The notes: generated by a model not told the origin, from the sequence alone. 64,000 bases of DNA from the human T2T-CHM13v2.0 reference genome, Homo sapiens (GCF_009914755.1 NC_060944.1); one strand, 5' to 3'; counted from the first letter of the stretch, positions 29,763 through 41,289 are shown. Numbers and translations are program-made.

Positions 29763-30330
29763 GGTGTGCACGGATGTGTGTGCAGGTGCATGCGTGCATG
29801 CAGGTGGTGTACAAGTGTGTGTGTATGGGCATGCCCGCGTGCATGCGTGCACCTGTGTGTGTGTGCGTGTGCAAGTGTGTGTATGGCATGCCCGCGTGCA
29901 TGCGTGCACCTGTGTGTGTGTGCGTGTGCAAGTGTGTGTGTATATGGGCATGCCCGCGTGCATGCGTGCACCTGTGTGTGTGCGTGTGCAAGTGTGTGTG
30001 TATGGGCATGCCCGCGTGCATGCGTGCACCTGTGTGTGTGTGCGTGTGCAAGTGCATATGTCCCTGCAGACACGTGTATGCAAGCAATGTGCATGTATGT
30101 TTGTGCTTGTGCGTGTGCGTACGTATGTGTGCATGCACACGTGTGAGCATGCACTTGTGCGTGCAGGTGGTATGCATGCGTGTGCATGCCTGTATGCATG
30201 TGTATGTGTGTGTGCGTTCCTGTATCCATGTGTATGTGCGTATGCGTGCCCATATGCGTGTGTACGTGCGTGAGTGTGCCCGTATGAGGGTGTACGTGTG
30301 GCCATGTGTGTGCCTTCTGTAGGTGCACAC
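29763..30330. repeat. Compound (TG)n/(CATG) repeat containing ~4 copies of a ~60-bp unit
   Basis: Repeated CAAGTGTGTGTGTATGGGCATGCCCGCGTGCATGCGTGCACCTGTGTG. Confidence 0.92.
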
Positions 30331-32630
30331 TCTGCAGTGATACACAGGATCACAGGGGGCACCTGTGTAGTGAACTTGCCCCTGCCCCTGAATTTTGTCA
30401 CCAAACGCCTTAGTTCAGTGGTGGATTCCAGCTGCAAGGGACCTGCTGTGGGACTCTGGGTTTTGTGCATTTTGGTCACACGTATGCTGATGATGCCTCC
30501 GATACTAGGGCCTTGGAGCGCCTTAACTGTCAGGAGAACAAGGTGGGTGGGGGGGCCAAGGGGGCTTTGAGGGGCCCCTACTTGGCTGGGGTCCCCTGGA
30601 GAAACAGCCAGGCCTCCAGCCTGCAGGGGCCTGCTGGCCCCAACCCAGCCTGCCTGGCCACCCCACCCATCAGCAGTTCCCTGCCTGGGCCACTCCTCCC
30701 CCAGTGTCCTGGGCCATCCAGACCCCCCACTCAGGACTCCCCCTACCTTCCTGAGCCGGCATCAGGTTCAGAGCGCTGGCCATGGCTCCCCTAGAACCTC
30801 TGCCCTCCCTCTCCTCCAAGTCCAGAGACTTTGGGGAGTTCACTCCCAGGCCTCGTTCTCCTCCCTCTCCACACCCTCACTCCCCAAGGTTATGGCCTGG
30901 AAGGTGCTGCCTGGGACTGTCTCCATAACAGAGGAAGGGGGTCTGCCCAGGAGAGAGGCCACTCTCATGGTCACGGGGTGTCACATGAGAACAAGGGCCC
31001 AGTGCATGGCCCACCCTCAGAAGAGGGTGCAGCGAGTGCAACTGAGGACTTAGGATTGTGTGTTTACTGTGAGGCCCCATCCCAGAGCCAGCCCCTCCAG
31101 CATCACCGCCTCCCCAGGCACTGCCCAGGTCCCACTGCAGGAGCTGGAGGAGGAGGGGAGGAATGAACGAATCGGCAACCACCTGGAGGGGAGGACAGGC
31201 CTGGCGGGGGGTGGGGGCCCTCATCTTTGTTTACTGGAGGGTCTTCGGGGTGAGGGAGGAGGGTCCCAAGGCTGAAGCTGTGAGGAAAACAGTGGTGCTG
31301 CCTCGGACTGGGCTGACCAATGCCTCTAAGTGTCGCTGAGAAGACCCTCGGCCCTGGGGCAGGCGGCTGTCCTCGTGGGCAGCTCTGGGGACCCAGCAGG
31401 CAGCCAGACCCTGTAGGCTCGCTGCCGCTCCAGCTGCGCTTCCTCTGCGGGGCCCAGCTTGTTGTGCTACGATGACTTGGCACCTGAGGCACATTCTGTT
31501 TTCTAGAAACCTTCAAAGTCTGGCACGTCTCAATGTCAGATGTCATCCTGTGCCCACGAGCCTACTCTGGGGGTCTGGGGGGCAGCAATGGCGGCTGCGT
31601 GGTAACGGTGGGCACCACCTGCGGCTGGCTTTGCCGTGTTTGTGCACGCTGTCTTCGGGCAGAGCAGAGACGCCGGGTGTCCCAAGACCTGTGGCTCTTG
31701 CTGCGGGGCATCGGACTTCTGGAGGGAGCCCCAGGAGCTCCGCCAGGCGGCCCCCAGCCTCCCTCGAGGGAGCGAGGGAACGGGCCCTGCCTCTGAGCCG
31801 TGAGCCTATGAGTGAGCGCTCTGTGGTTAAAAGTTACAGGCGCTGGCCAGGCAGGCGCTTCCTGTGTGTGGCCGTCTGTTTGACGATGCCCCCCTGCAGG
31901 GTAGCATCAGCGCCCTGTAGACACGGCCCGTGGGTTTGGGGGACAAGCTCCTGTTGTCACCGTGGCTCCGCGGTGCCTCCCCTCGCAGAGTCCCTCCAGG
32001 TCAGGCTCAGAGCCCTCTGGATGTGGAGGAGCTGCATGGGGTGGTAAGGTGGTTTCCAAACTTCTAAAGCGGCTGAGAACACTTGGTCCAAAAGAAATCC
32101 TGGGAGGAAGCTCACTTTATAAAACAGGGAAGGGCAGCTTTCCTGGGGGAAGTATGTGTCTGTGCACGCATGCGGCAGGTGTCTGTGCACGCAGGTGTGC
32201 ATCTTCATGCGTATGCGTGTATCTGCATCAGTGTGAGCACAATGCAGCACTGCCAAGAAGTGTGCCGGTGAACACGTGCGTGTGCAGGCGCATGTGTGTG
32301 TGTTGGTGCGAGGACTCTAGAGCACAGCTGGAGGCCGGTGGTGAGAGTGTGCACATGTGCATGTGCGTGTTCGCGGGGTGGGAGGGCTAGCTTGGAAGCA
32401 GGGGTGTTTCCCTCAGCCGTGCGGGTGGCACGACCCTGAGCGAGCCTCACCCAAAAGGAGTCTGTTTTCTCAGTGGCACCAAAAGCCCTGCCCTGCTGGT
32501 CCCTCGGGTGGGGAGGTGAGCTAGAGGGACAGGTGGACGTCCTCTGGAATCACAGCCCAAACCTGAGCAGATAGGCCGGGAGGAGCCTCCCTGGATGGAC
32601 CCTGAGAGACCCTCCCTCCACTTGTTGCAG

Positions 32631-32730
32631 GGGTTTACTTCCCTGCCCTGACCAGCCTGCTGTCGCAGAAGGTGCGGGAGAGTGAGCGAGCCTTCACCTA
32701 CAGCATCGTGGGCGCCGGCTCCCAGTTTGG
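32631..32730 (+). CDS. SLC17A9: SLC17A9 exon 4 (VYFPALTSLLSQKVRESERAFTYSIVGAGSQFG)
   Basis: TTGCAG| acceptor, TGG|GTAAGT donor, 100 nt. Confidence 0.96.
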
Positions 32731-33114
32731 GTAAGTCCTGGCCTAAGACGGGGCCCAGGAGAGGCCACCAGGTGAGCCCCTTGCCGAGTGGCCCCTGGTC
32801 TGCGTGGGGGATGGGCCACATGGGCTTGCAGGGCCACCATGGTGAGGTGGGTCCCGCAGGCGCCTTTTGGGCTCTGTAGCCCGAGGCTGTGCTCTGCAGG
32901 TACCAGCCCCGGGCACCGCGCTTGCTTTGTGCATATTTCTGCCTTTCTGGAGTGGCTGGCAGGTGATGAGGCTGGGACTTGGGGACATGGGTTGGAGGAG
33001 TGGCCACATCATCTCATTTTCTTTCATCTGTGCTAACGATGCCAGATGCCGTCCCCACCATCCGCTGGCCCCCACCCTCGACAGGAGAGTCTGTGAGCGC
33101 AGGAGCGTCTGGGC

Positions 33115-33516
33115 CAGGGTGGGCCTATCAGCTGGCTGGAGGGCGGCTTGTCCTCAGGGTGGGCCTATCAGCTGGCTGGAGGGCGGCTTGTCCTCAGGGT
33201 GGGCCTATCAGCTGGCTGGAGGGCGGCTTGTCCTCAGGGTGGGCCTATCAGCTGGCTGGAGGGCGGCTTGTCCTCAGGGTGGGCCTATCAGCTGGCTGGA
33301 GGGCGGCTTGTCCTCAGGGTGGGCCTATCAGCTGGCTGGAGGGCGGCTTGTCCTCAGGGTGGGCCTATCAGCTGGCTGGAGGGCGGCTTGTCCTCAGGGT
33401 GGGCCTATCAGCTGGCTGGAGGGCGGCTTGTCCTCAGGGTGGGCCTATCAGCTGGCTGGAGGGCGGCTTGTCCTCAGGGTGGGCCTATCAGCTGGCTGGA
33501 GGGCGGCTTGTCCTCA
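33115..33516. repeat. VNTR, 10 identical copies of 40 bp, in intron 4
   Basis: CAGGGTGGGCCTATCAGCTGGCTGGAGGGCGGCTTGTCCT x10. Confidence 0.98.
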
Positions 33517-34750
33517 TCCACGATGCGGCAACCCCGTGCCCCTCAGTCCTCCCTCCCTGCGCCCGCTCCTTGGGGAGCTCCAGACCCTCTAGCGATGCTG
33601 GCGGCCTGGATCGAGGCCAGGCCAGGGGTGGGAGGCCTTCCCGGTGGTTGTAGCAGGGTGGATTGGTGCAGGAGCTGACCGGGGCTTCCCAATCACTGGG
33701 CTCAGGCCCTCGTGTTACTGTTGCTGAGGTTCAGAGGGGCGGAGGCGGCCCCTGTAGGTGGGGCCGGGAGCAGGCCCAGGCAGGCCTAGAGTGACCAGAT
33801 TCATCAAGTAAAAACAGACTGCCCAGAGGAATGTGAATTTCACATAAACCGGAGGGGATATACTTCTACTAAAGAATGAATCCTCACTTCTCCGAAACCC
33901 GGTTTCATTGAGTGTCTTGCGGTTTTTCTGCACCCAGGTGGGGAGCAGAGACAGGGTCAAGTGTGGGCTGGGCTGGGCAGGGAGAGTGCTACCCCAGCCC
34001 GCCCTGGTGCCCAAGGCCAAGTCTTGCTACCCCAGGAGCTGTGTCCACCCCGCAGAGGCTCCGCGGGAGGAAGGAGGCCCCATCTGGATGCCAGGCCCCG
34101 CTTTGGGGCTCTCTCTCTTCCTCCTTTTGCCATGATGTTAACTATTCCCCCTGGTGCCAGTGGAGGGGCCTCAGCAGCAGATGGGGGCTGGGCCGCCAGC
34201 CAGGTTGCACCCAGAAGGGAGCCTCTGAGGGGCTATTTGGGACAATGAAGTCATGGGGACGGGATGGGGGTTGTTGGATTTGGCCGTCATGGTATTTTTG
34301 CATCCAGAAGTCTTTTTGAATTTTGTCCTCAATGATGTTTGAAGCACAAAAACCGTGCGGAGCTTCACTGTGGTATATGCTCATCACCGTCTCCTCCTCG
34401 GTGCCGTTTTTAGTTGAAAAGGATCCACATGACAAATTGTAGGCCAATTGGAAGGCCTAGAAGCAAGATGTGAAAAACAATGTGAGTTCCACAGCAGCCG
34501 CCCGACTGGGACACATGCGTGGCTGGTCCCAGGTTCGCCCCAGCCCTGTGTGCCCGGAGTCTCCCCTGAGTACCCGAAGTCCTTAACAAAACAGGCCAGG
34601 ACGGTGGCTTCTGAGCTGCTCCTCTGGAGGCGATGAAAACACCCTCTTCTCCAGGGGCTCAGCCTGCACCAGGGTGGGGTTTCTGAGAGGCCCCTCCTCA
34701 CCCGAGGGGTGCCGCTGAGGGGCCTGGCCACACTCCCCCTGTCTTTGCAG

Positions 34751-34881
34751 GACGCTGCTGACCGGGGCGGTGGGCTCCCTGCTCCTGGAATGGTACGGCT
34801 GGCAGAGCATCTTCTATTTCTCCGGCGGCCTCACCTTGCTTTGGGTGTGGTACGTGTACAGGTACCTGCTGAGTGAAAAAG
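34751..34881 (+). CDS. SLC17A9: SLC17A9 exon 5 (TLLTGAVGSLLLEWYGWQSIFY...LLSEK)
   Basis: TTTGCAG| acceptor, AAG|GTAACG donor, 131 nt; GWxSIFY motif. Confidence 0.96.
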
Positions 34882-35399
34882 GTAACGCAGGCCGGGCGGG
34901 CTAGTCCCGGGCGCCCACAGCTGCCCAGTGCCTCCTCCCCTGGTGGCAGCCGCTGAGCAGCCTGGAGCAGGAGCCCGGAGACGATGGCTTTGACCTCCCA
35001 AAGAATCCGCCAGTGAGGAAAAGCGCTCGGGTGCTGAGCTGTCAGCGGCTCCGCCACCCAATTCGATCTGGAAGGTTCCATCTAGGGCTAAGGCAGACAC
35101 CCAGGAAGACCTGCTGGGCACAGGTCAGGGCAGGGTGCAGGAGCAGCCGAGTCTTTGGGTGGCCAGGGGGCTCTGGAGGAGGCCGTGTGGAGGGTCGTTC
35201 AGAACGCAGTTCTCAAAGGTGATGCTGCCTGTTAGGTGTCTGGTAGGGGAGGCCAAGGGAGGCTGGCGCCCATGTGCAACCTGAGGCATGGACGAGGCCT
35301 GCTGACCCCTCTGGAACCACCCCCAAATCCCCAATCCTTTGGCAACGGGTGGCGCCTCCCGCCCTGATAGCCATCAGTTTGAAACCGTTGCTCCCTCAG

Positions 35400-35496
35400 A
35401 TCTCATCCTGGCCTTGGGTGTCCTGGCCCAAAGCCGGCCGGTGTCCAGGCACAGCAGAGTCCCCTGGAGACGGCTCTTCCGGAAGCCTGCTGTCTG
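35400..35496 (+). CDS. SLC17A9: SLC17A9 exon 6 (DLILALGVLAQSRPVSRHSRVPWRRLFRKPAVW)
   Basis: CCTCAG| acceptor, CTG|GTGAGC donor, 97 nt; SLC17 VPW motif. Confidence 0.95.
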
Positions 35497-35710
35497 GTGA
35501 GCTGGGACCTGTGCCACCCCTTGGAGCAGCGGCAGGGCCGGTGACCATGGGGGTGTGAACCTGGCCGGACCTGACAGCCCTTGAGCCAGCAGGGCCTAGG
35601 GCTCAGAGAAGTGGGACTCTGGCCCCCAGGGGACGCCTCTCGGGGTGGGTCCCACAGGCCCGGCCAGCTCGTGCGGCACCAGAGTCACGGTCCACCATTG
35701 GGCCCCGCAG

Positions 35711-35807
35711 GGCAGCCGTCGTCTCCCAGCTCTCTGCAGCCTGCTCCTTCTTCATCCTCCTCTCCTGGCTGCCCACCTTCTTCGAGGAGACCTTCCCCGA
35801 CGCCAAG
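35711..35807 (+). CDS. SLC17A9: SLC17A9 exon 7 (AAVVSQLSAACSFFILLSWLPTFFEETFPDAK)
   Basis: CCGCAG| acceptor, AAG|GTGAGT donor, 97 nt; LPTF motif. Confidence 0.96.
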
Positions 35808-36354
35808 GTGAGTCGGGGGCTCCCGCAGGGTGAAGGAGCGCCCAGAAGGCACGAGGCTTGAGCTGCACCAGGCACTGTGGGTCCTTGGCCTGCAGATGGT
35901 GGAACCCTCGGCTCCTCCTGGACTCTGAGGGTCCTGGCACTGCCAGGCTCTTCCTCTGGAGAGGACCCCGTCCATGCTCGGGGCAGGTTTCTGTGTTTGA
36001 GGCTGGAAATGATGCGGGCGCTCGGTGCCTTCCTGCTGCGGCTGCAGCCCTCCCAGCCCTCATCGTGACCTGCTGGCCCACAGAACCCGACTTCAGAGCC
36101 TGAGGAGGCCGGTGCAGAAGCCGGGATGTGGACAGAGGGGTCACCTGCGGTCAGCACGGTTCCTTCTCTGAGGCTGTCTTGCTGCCCTGCCGGGTGGTGG
36201 TCAAGAGCTGCACATTCCCAGGAGCAGGGCTGGCCCTGCCGGAGAGCTTTCCTGGGCAGTGGTGGGCACGGGGGCGCTGTCCAGCCTGAGTATCCTCTTC
36301 CAGATGGCCAGGTGCCGGCCCTGGCCCCCTCTAAGGCCAAACTCCCCCCTGCAG

Positions 36355-36442
36355 GGCTGGATCTTCAACGTGGTTCCTTGGTTGGTGGCGATTCCGGCCA
36401 GTCTATTCAGCGGGTTTCTCTCTGATCATCTCATCAATCAGG
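36355..36442 (+). CDS. SLC17A9: SLC17A9 exon 8 (GWIFNVVPWLVAIPASLFSGFLSDHLINQG)
   Basis: CTGCAG| acceptor, AGG|GTGAGC donor, 88 nt. Confidence 0.96.
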
Positions 36443-37258
36443 GTGAGCCCCAGGGAGGGGACCGGGGCTGGAAGCCACACCCTGGTTCACCTCGCTTTCG
36501 AGGGGCAGGATGCTCCCATCCTGGGGCTGCAGCTTCAGCACACGGAGAGCTGGGACAGAGGGGCACTTCTTTCCAGGCTCGGCCTCCTCCTTAAAGGGTG
36601 GGGTTAGACTGTGGTGGAGGGTCTGGTCTCACGGTGACTGTGGAGCTCACCCCTGGGGGCTGGATGCAGCCCCTGACCCTCCAGGAAGGCACCTGGAGGG
36701 GTCAGAGGTTACAAGCATCCTTGAACCTTTGGAAGAGCTTCTGTCTTTGTTCCATGTGCTCCAGACCCACGCTGGGATGAGCCCCGAGCGGGCTGCGTGT
36801 TTCTTCCCCTAGTGCAGTGTCCGCTGCACAGACACGTACAGGCGGATGCACACGCGTGCCCACATGCTCTCTCCACACGTGTGCCTATTCTTAGAATGTT
36901 CGTGTTTTTCCTAATTGCAAAAGGAATACACACTCGTTGTGGAAAAGCTAGAAAATCTGGAGCAGCAGAGGAAGTGGGGCCGCTCGCCTGTTTCCGCCTC
37001 TGTAACTGCTGTGTGGCTGTTCTGTGTTTCTGCCCAAACCCACGCCTTGGGAACCTTCCAAAGGCGCACATGCGGCCTCGCGGCTGCACCACACATGCGT
37101 GTGTGCACACGTTTTTGCCTGCAGCACGGGATAGCTGTCTTGAGCCCCAAGCCTCTTCCTCCCCTGCTGCCCCTCTGCAGCCATTCGGGATGGGACCCCC
37201 TCTGGGGTGTCAGCACGAAAGGGCTAACGGGAGCCCCTTCCTTGGCCTCCCCCTGTAG

Positions 37259-37293
37259 GTTACAGAGCCATCACGGTGCGGAAGCTCATGCAG
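37259..37293 (+). CDS. SLC17A9: SLC17A9 exon 9 (YRAITVRKLMQ)
   Basis: CTGTAG| acceptor with branch-like GCTAAC, CAG|GTAGGA donor, 35 nt; TVRK motif. Confidence 0.95.
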
Positions 37294-37736
37294 GTAGGAG
37301 AATCATTCCGGTCGTTCTCTCTGGATATCCCTGCTTTGTTCAGGGTCTCCCAGGAACTCAGGGTTGTGTCCCCAAGTCACCTGATATCTGGGACCAGGCA
37401 AATGCCAGGCCTCTCCATGTGTCCAGCACTGGGGCCCAGAAGGGGCTGTTTAGACAGCTGTTGGGGGGAAGGCTGGGGTCAGCATCCTGTGCCCCTCTGG
37501 GCCCAGGCCTGAGCTTGCCCACGTCGAATAGGGCCTCTCCCTTGGAGCGGGGCTGATTCTTGCGGAGACTCCTCCCAGACCTCCTCTAGGGGGCCTGGTC
37601 TGAGAGAAGTTTGTGGTCGCAGCCAACCTGACCGTTGTGCGGTGCGCCCAGGGGGGCTTTCGGGCAGCTGAGTCAGGAGAGGGCCCTGCTGCAGGCGGGC
37701 TGGGTGCCTCTCCGTCACGGTGGCGCTTTCCTGCAG

Positions 37737-37852
37737 GGCATGGGCCTTGGCCTCTCCAGCGTCTTTGCTCTGTGCCTGGGCCACACCTCCAGCTTCTGTG
37801 AGTCTGTGGTCTTTGCATCAGCCTCCATCGGCCTCCAGACCTTCAACCACAG
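37737..37852 (+). CDS. SLC17A9: SLC17A9 exon 10 (GMGLGLSSVFALCLG...QTFNHS)
   Basis: CTGCAG| acceptor, CAG|GTGAGG donor, 116 nt. Confidence 0.96.
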
Positions 37853-38140
37853 GTGAGGGCCGACTGCTCCATCCACCAGAGCGCCGTGCTGCCCGCACGG
37901 CCGAGGCCCGCACATGTGAAGAGGGAGCTCTGTCCGCCTCTCTCAGTCTCTTCCTCACACTTCACCCCCTTCCCAAGCTGCTGGGCAGTGACTGCACTGA
38001 AGACCCAGTAGTTCTTTAGGAACCAGCAATTCACTTCAGTGAGCAGCACGTGCGCGTGATTTGTGCGAACATGCTTTCCCCACAGCACTTTACTCTAAGG
38101 AGTCGCTTCCTGCACTGGGTCCTCCATGAAGACGGGCAGC

Positions 38141-38462
38141 TGGGGCTCGGGTTGGCATGGTGTGCAGGGCTGCAGTGCTCTGGCCAGTGGGTGGTTGGGG
38201 CTCGGGTTGGCATGGTGTGCAGGGCTGCAGTGCTCTGGCCAGTGGGTGGTTGGGGCTCGGGTTGGCGTGGTGTGCAGGGCTGCAGTGCTCTGGCCAGTGG
38301 GTGGTTGGGGCTCGGGTTGGCGTGGTGTGCAGGGCTGCAGTGCTCTGGCCAGTGGGTGGTTGGGGCTCGGGTTGGCGTGGTGTGCAGGGCTGCAGTGCTC
38401 TGGCCAGTGGGTGGTTGGGGCTCGGGTTGGCGTGGTGTGCAGGGCTGCAGTGCTCTGGCCAG
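38141..38462. repeat. G-rich VNTR, ~5.9 x 55 bp, in intron 10
   Basis: TGGGGCTCGGGTTGGC(A/G)TGGTGTGCAGGGCTGCAGTGCTCTGGCCAGTGGGTGGT at 38141, 38196, 38251, 38306, 38361, 38416. Confidence 0.97.
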
Positions 38463-38596
38463 GGAGCAGGCCTGAGCGTGTCCCAGCCCCTCCCGTGGCT
38501 CCACGAGACCTTGCTTCCCCGCTTCCCCTGTGACAACCCTGGGCCACCAGCTCGGTGGTGGCCAGGGCCACTCACCACCCTCTTTCCTCCCCACAG

Positions 38597-38652
38597 TGGC
38601 ATTTCTGTTAACATCCAGGACTTGGCCCCGTCCTGCGCCGGCTTTCTGTTTG
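38597..38652 (+). CDS. SLC17A9: SLC17A9 exon 11 (GISVNIQDLAPSCAGFLFG)
   Basis: CCACAG| acceptor, TTG|GTGAGG donor, 56 nt; DLAPxxAG SLC17 motif. Confidence 0.96.
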
Positions 38653-38773
38653 GTGAGGACCTTGCCTACCCCAGCTTTGCCCCTCCCTGGGCCTCCGGGT
38701 GGGTGAGCCATGGGGGATCCCGGAGGGCTTTTGCTGACCATCCATATTCTCTCTCGCTCTGGCCTCTTCACAG

Positions 38774-38803
38774 GTGTGGCCAACACAGCCGGGGCCTTGG
38801 CAG
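38774..38803 (+). CDS. SLC17A9: SLC17A9 exon 12, 30-nt microexon (VANTAGALA)
   Basis: TCACAG| acceptor, CAG|GTGAGG donor; supplies the conserved NT motif. Confidence 0.93.
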
Positions 38804-39407
38804 GTGAGGGGCGGGCCTCTGTGCCCAGGAGTTCCCCTGTCTGTGGGGTTTGAGGCCACCGAGGTGCTGCAGGGTGGGGTTGTGCCTCCCTTCAGAGGGG
38901 GTCCGGGTGTCAGAGGAGGGCACAGACCCCAGAGCAGGCCCAGGAGAGGAGGATGGGGCTGCCTTCCAGGTTCCACTGGACTTTGCTGACGGCAGGTGGC
39001 TCATGAGTCGCCATCTGCCCTGACTCACAGATATGTTCCCATCCTGGTAGCCCAGGGTCCCCGGGATACCGCCTGGCCCCGCTGAGTGCCATGGATGATG
39101 GGGGTCCTTCTTCAGCTCAGCCTCGCCTGGGCCGGCCTGTGGCTCCCATTTTCCTTTCAGCGGGACAAAGGGGACTTGTTACCAGGCCATTTTCTGGATG
39201 GCCTGTGAGATCTCTGCCCCTCCAAGACCCTCCAAGTCTGAGCCTGACCCACAGCTGGGACACTGAATTCAGCCCTGGGAACCATGGGGGCTTCTATCAG
39301 GCGCTAGACCCCCAGCCCTTCCCCTGGCACTACCTTGGGAACCAGGGTGGGGTGTGGGGCCTGGGCTGCCCGGGAGCACTCAGCCCGCCTGGCCCTCTCT
39401 TGGGCAG

Positions 39408-39571
39408 GTGTCGTGGGTGTGTGTCTAGGCGGCTACTTGATGGAGACCACGGGCTCCTGGACTTGCCTGTTCAACCTTGTGGCCATCATCAGCAACCTGG
39501 GGCTGTGCACCTTCCTGGTGTTTGGACAGGCTCAGAGGGTGGACCTGAGCTCTACCCATGAGGACCTCTAG
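39408..39571 (+). CDS. SLC17A9: SLC17A9 last exon (VVGVCLGGYLMETTGSW...STHEDL*); total 436 aa
   Basis: GGGCAG| acceptor; TAG ends at 39571; exon sum 1311 nt = 436 aa + stop. Confidence 0.97.
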
Positions 39572-40029
39572 CTCCCAACCCCACAGCCTCTCCAAGGACC
39601 CAGGCGCCAGCAGCCCCGGGACACAGGGGACTCAGTGTGTGGGACTTGGTCACTCCATGTCAGACACACGAGCAGAGAGGAACACAAACCACTGTGGAGC
39701 CTGAAGCTCCTTAAGAAGAGTCCACAACAGCTGGTGGGAGGGTGGGGTGGGCCTGGGTCCAGACCAGGCTCGCTGCTCTCTGGGCCTCAGTTTCCCCACC
39801 TGCCAGCGGGCTCGGCCCTGTCCTCCTCACAGGCTGGTGTGGCCGTCAGGGTGGGTGGGGTTATTGTTAGTAGGCGCAGCCTCATTCCCACCACGATCTG
39901 TTCCGCGTGGTTCCCGCCAAACCTCCCTCGGTCGCCGTGTTCTCCGCAAGCCTCCTGCAGCGCCCGCCTGCCAATGTGAGGCTGGCACCAGGCTGCAGCC
40001 TCCCCAATCCCAGCCCACTTTGCTGTGTC

Positions 40030-40165
40030 TCTGGCGGGCTGTCCTCCTTGGTGGGAGCTGTCCTGCACACTGTAGGATGCTTAAAGGTATCCCTGGCCTC
40101 CACCCATCCCTAGCCAGCAGCTCCCAGTCAGACAACAGCCAGAAATGTCTCCAGACTCTGCCCAG
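40030..40165. mobile_element. MER20 DNA transposon fragment in the SLC17A9 3'UTR
   Basis: GCTGTCCTGCACACTGTAGGATG...CCCTGGCCTC...AAATGTCTCCAGAC resembles the MER20 consensus. Confidence 0.7.
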
Positions 40166-40648
40166 CCTCCCCAGGTAGCCACCCTCGAGACATGACCTCA
40201 GAGTCTCTGTGTCTCCTAGAAGCCTGACAGAGACCCCCAGGGCAGTGGGTGGGTGGCGGGCTAGAGACCCTTGCCTGTGTCCGGGACCCTGGCGCCGCTC
40301 TCCCCTCCTGTGGATCCCTCCGCACTAACAGTGTTCTCAGTGGGCAGACGCCTGGGCACCCCTTGGGCCCTGCCCAGCATGGCCATGGCGCAGGCTCTCG
40401 AACCCGCATGGCTTTCCCAGGCCTGGTGATTCTGCTCTCCAGGGACGGTTGGCACCTTCCTCGGGGGCGGGCCCCACGCACCCCAGAACACACAGACCCA
40501 CCTTTCTGGCGTTCTCTCTACCTCCCTTTTCGTTGCCTGAGGAGCTGGTGGTTTCATGAGTTAATGATACATCTTGCAAGGTGTACACATAGAGAAAAAA
40601 ACCTAAAAATGTGGAAAAGCACGCCAAAGCCTTATTTAAATAATAACT

Positions 40649-40654
40649 ATTAAA
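40649..40654 (+). terminator. SLC17A9: Candidate SLC17A9 poly(A) signal ATTAAA
   Basis: ATTAAA in an AT-rich block ~1.1 kb after the stop, followed by a T-rich tract. Confidence 0.65.
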
Positions 40655-41289
40655 CTATTCAAAAAGAAGACTGTTACTTTATTTAACACCTTTGTTTTTT
40701 AAGAATGAACACGTGTTAAAGACTTTCTGTAACTAATTCATGAGGAAACGAGTGACACGTTGGAATCAGGTCAAAGGAGAATCCCAGGAACGGACTCCTA
40801 GGCCGGGAGTGTTGAAATGAGCATGCCAGCAGAGCCAGGCTGGGTTTCGGGGTTCCTTTGCCGCCAGGGGTCCTGCGTGTCCACAGATGACAGCGATGTA
40901 CCCTGCTGTCAGCTGTCCACCCAGCTTTCCCAAGATGTGGGGCCCCCATGGAGTCAGACAGCCCAGCTGTGCTGTGGAAAGACAAAGTGGAGTTTTGCAC
41001 TTGAGCACAAATGTTCCCCTACAATCTCTCCAGTTTCGGTCAGCCCAACCCTGTGGCACCATGGGTACAGCCTAGAGCATCACCCCCACAGAGGCTTCGG
41101 GACGGTCCTGCTGGACTGCTGGACGCTGCTGTGGGGTCTTGGGGCAGGAGGGGCTTCCAGAAGCCTGGCAGTTGCTGTCTGGAGGCCAGGAAGCCAAGCC
41201 CAGGAAGCCCACCTGCGGCTGAGTTCAGAGGTGGGGCCTGTGCGTTGTGAATGAATTGCTGTCTCTCTCCTCCTCATCTTGCACTAAAT

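Noticed and set aside
28784-30328. 514-aa minus-strand ORF and overlapping His/Thr- or Cys/Val-rich ORFs
   Set aside because: Produced by the (TG)/(CA) repeat and the antisense of SLC17A9 exons; non-ATG start, low complexity
33115-33516. CRISPR-like regular repeats (also 62239-62676 and 38141-38462)
   Set aside because: Units are contiguous with no unique spacers, no cas genes are present, and the context is human
32867-33678. Three long plus-strand ORFs with repeating peptides
   Set aside because: Artefact of a stop-free 40-bp VNTR inside an intron
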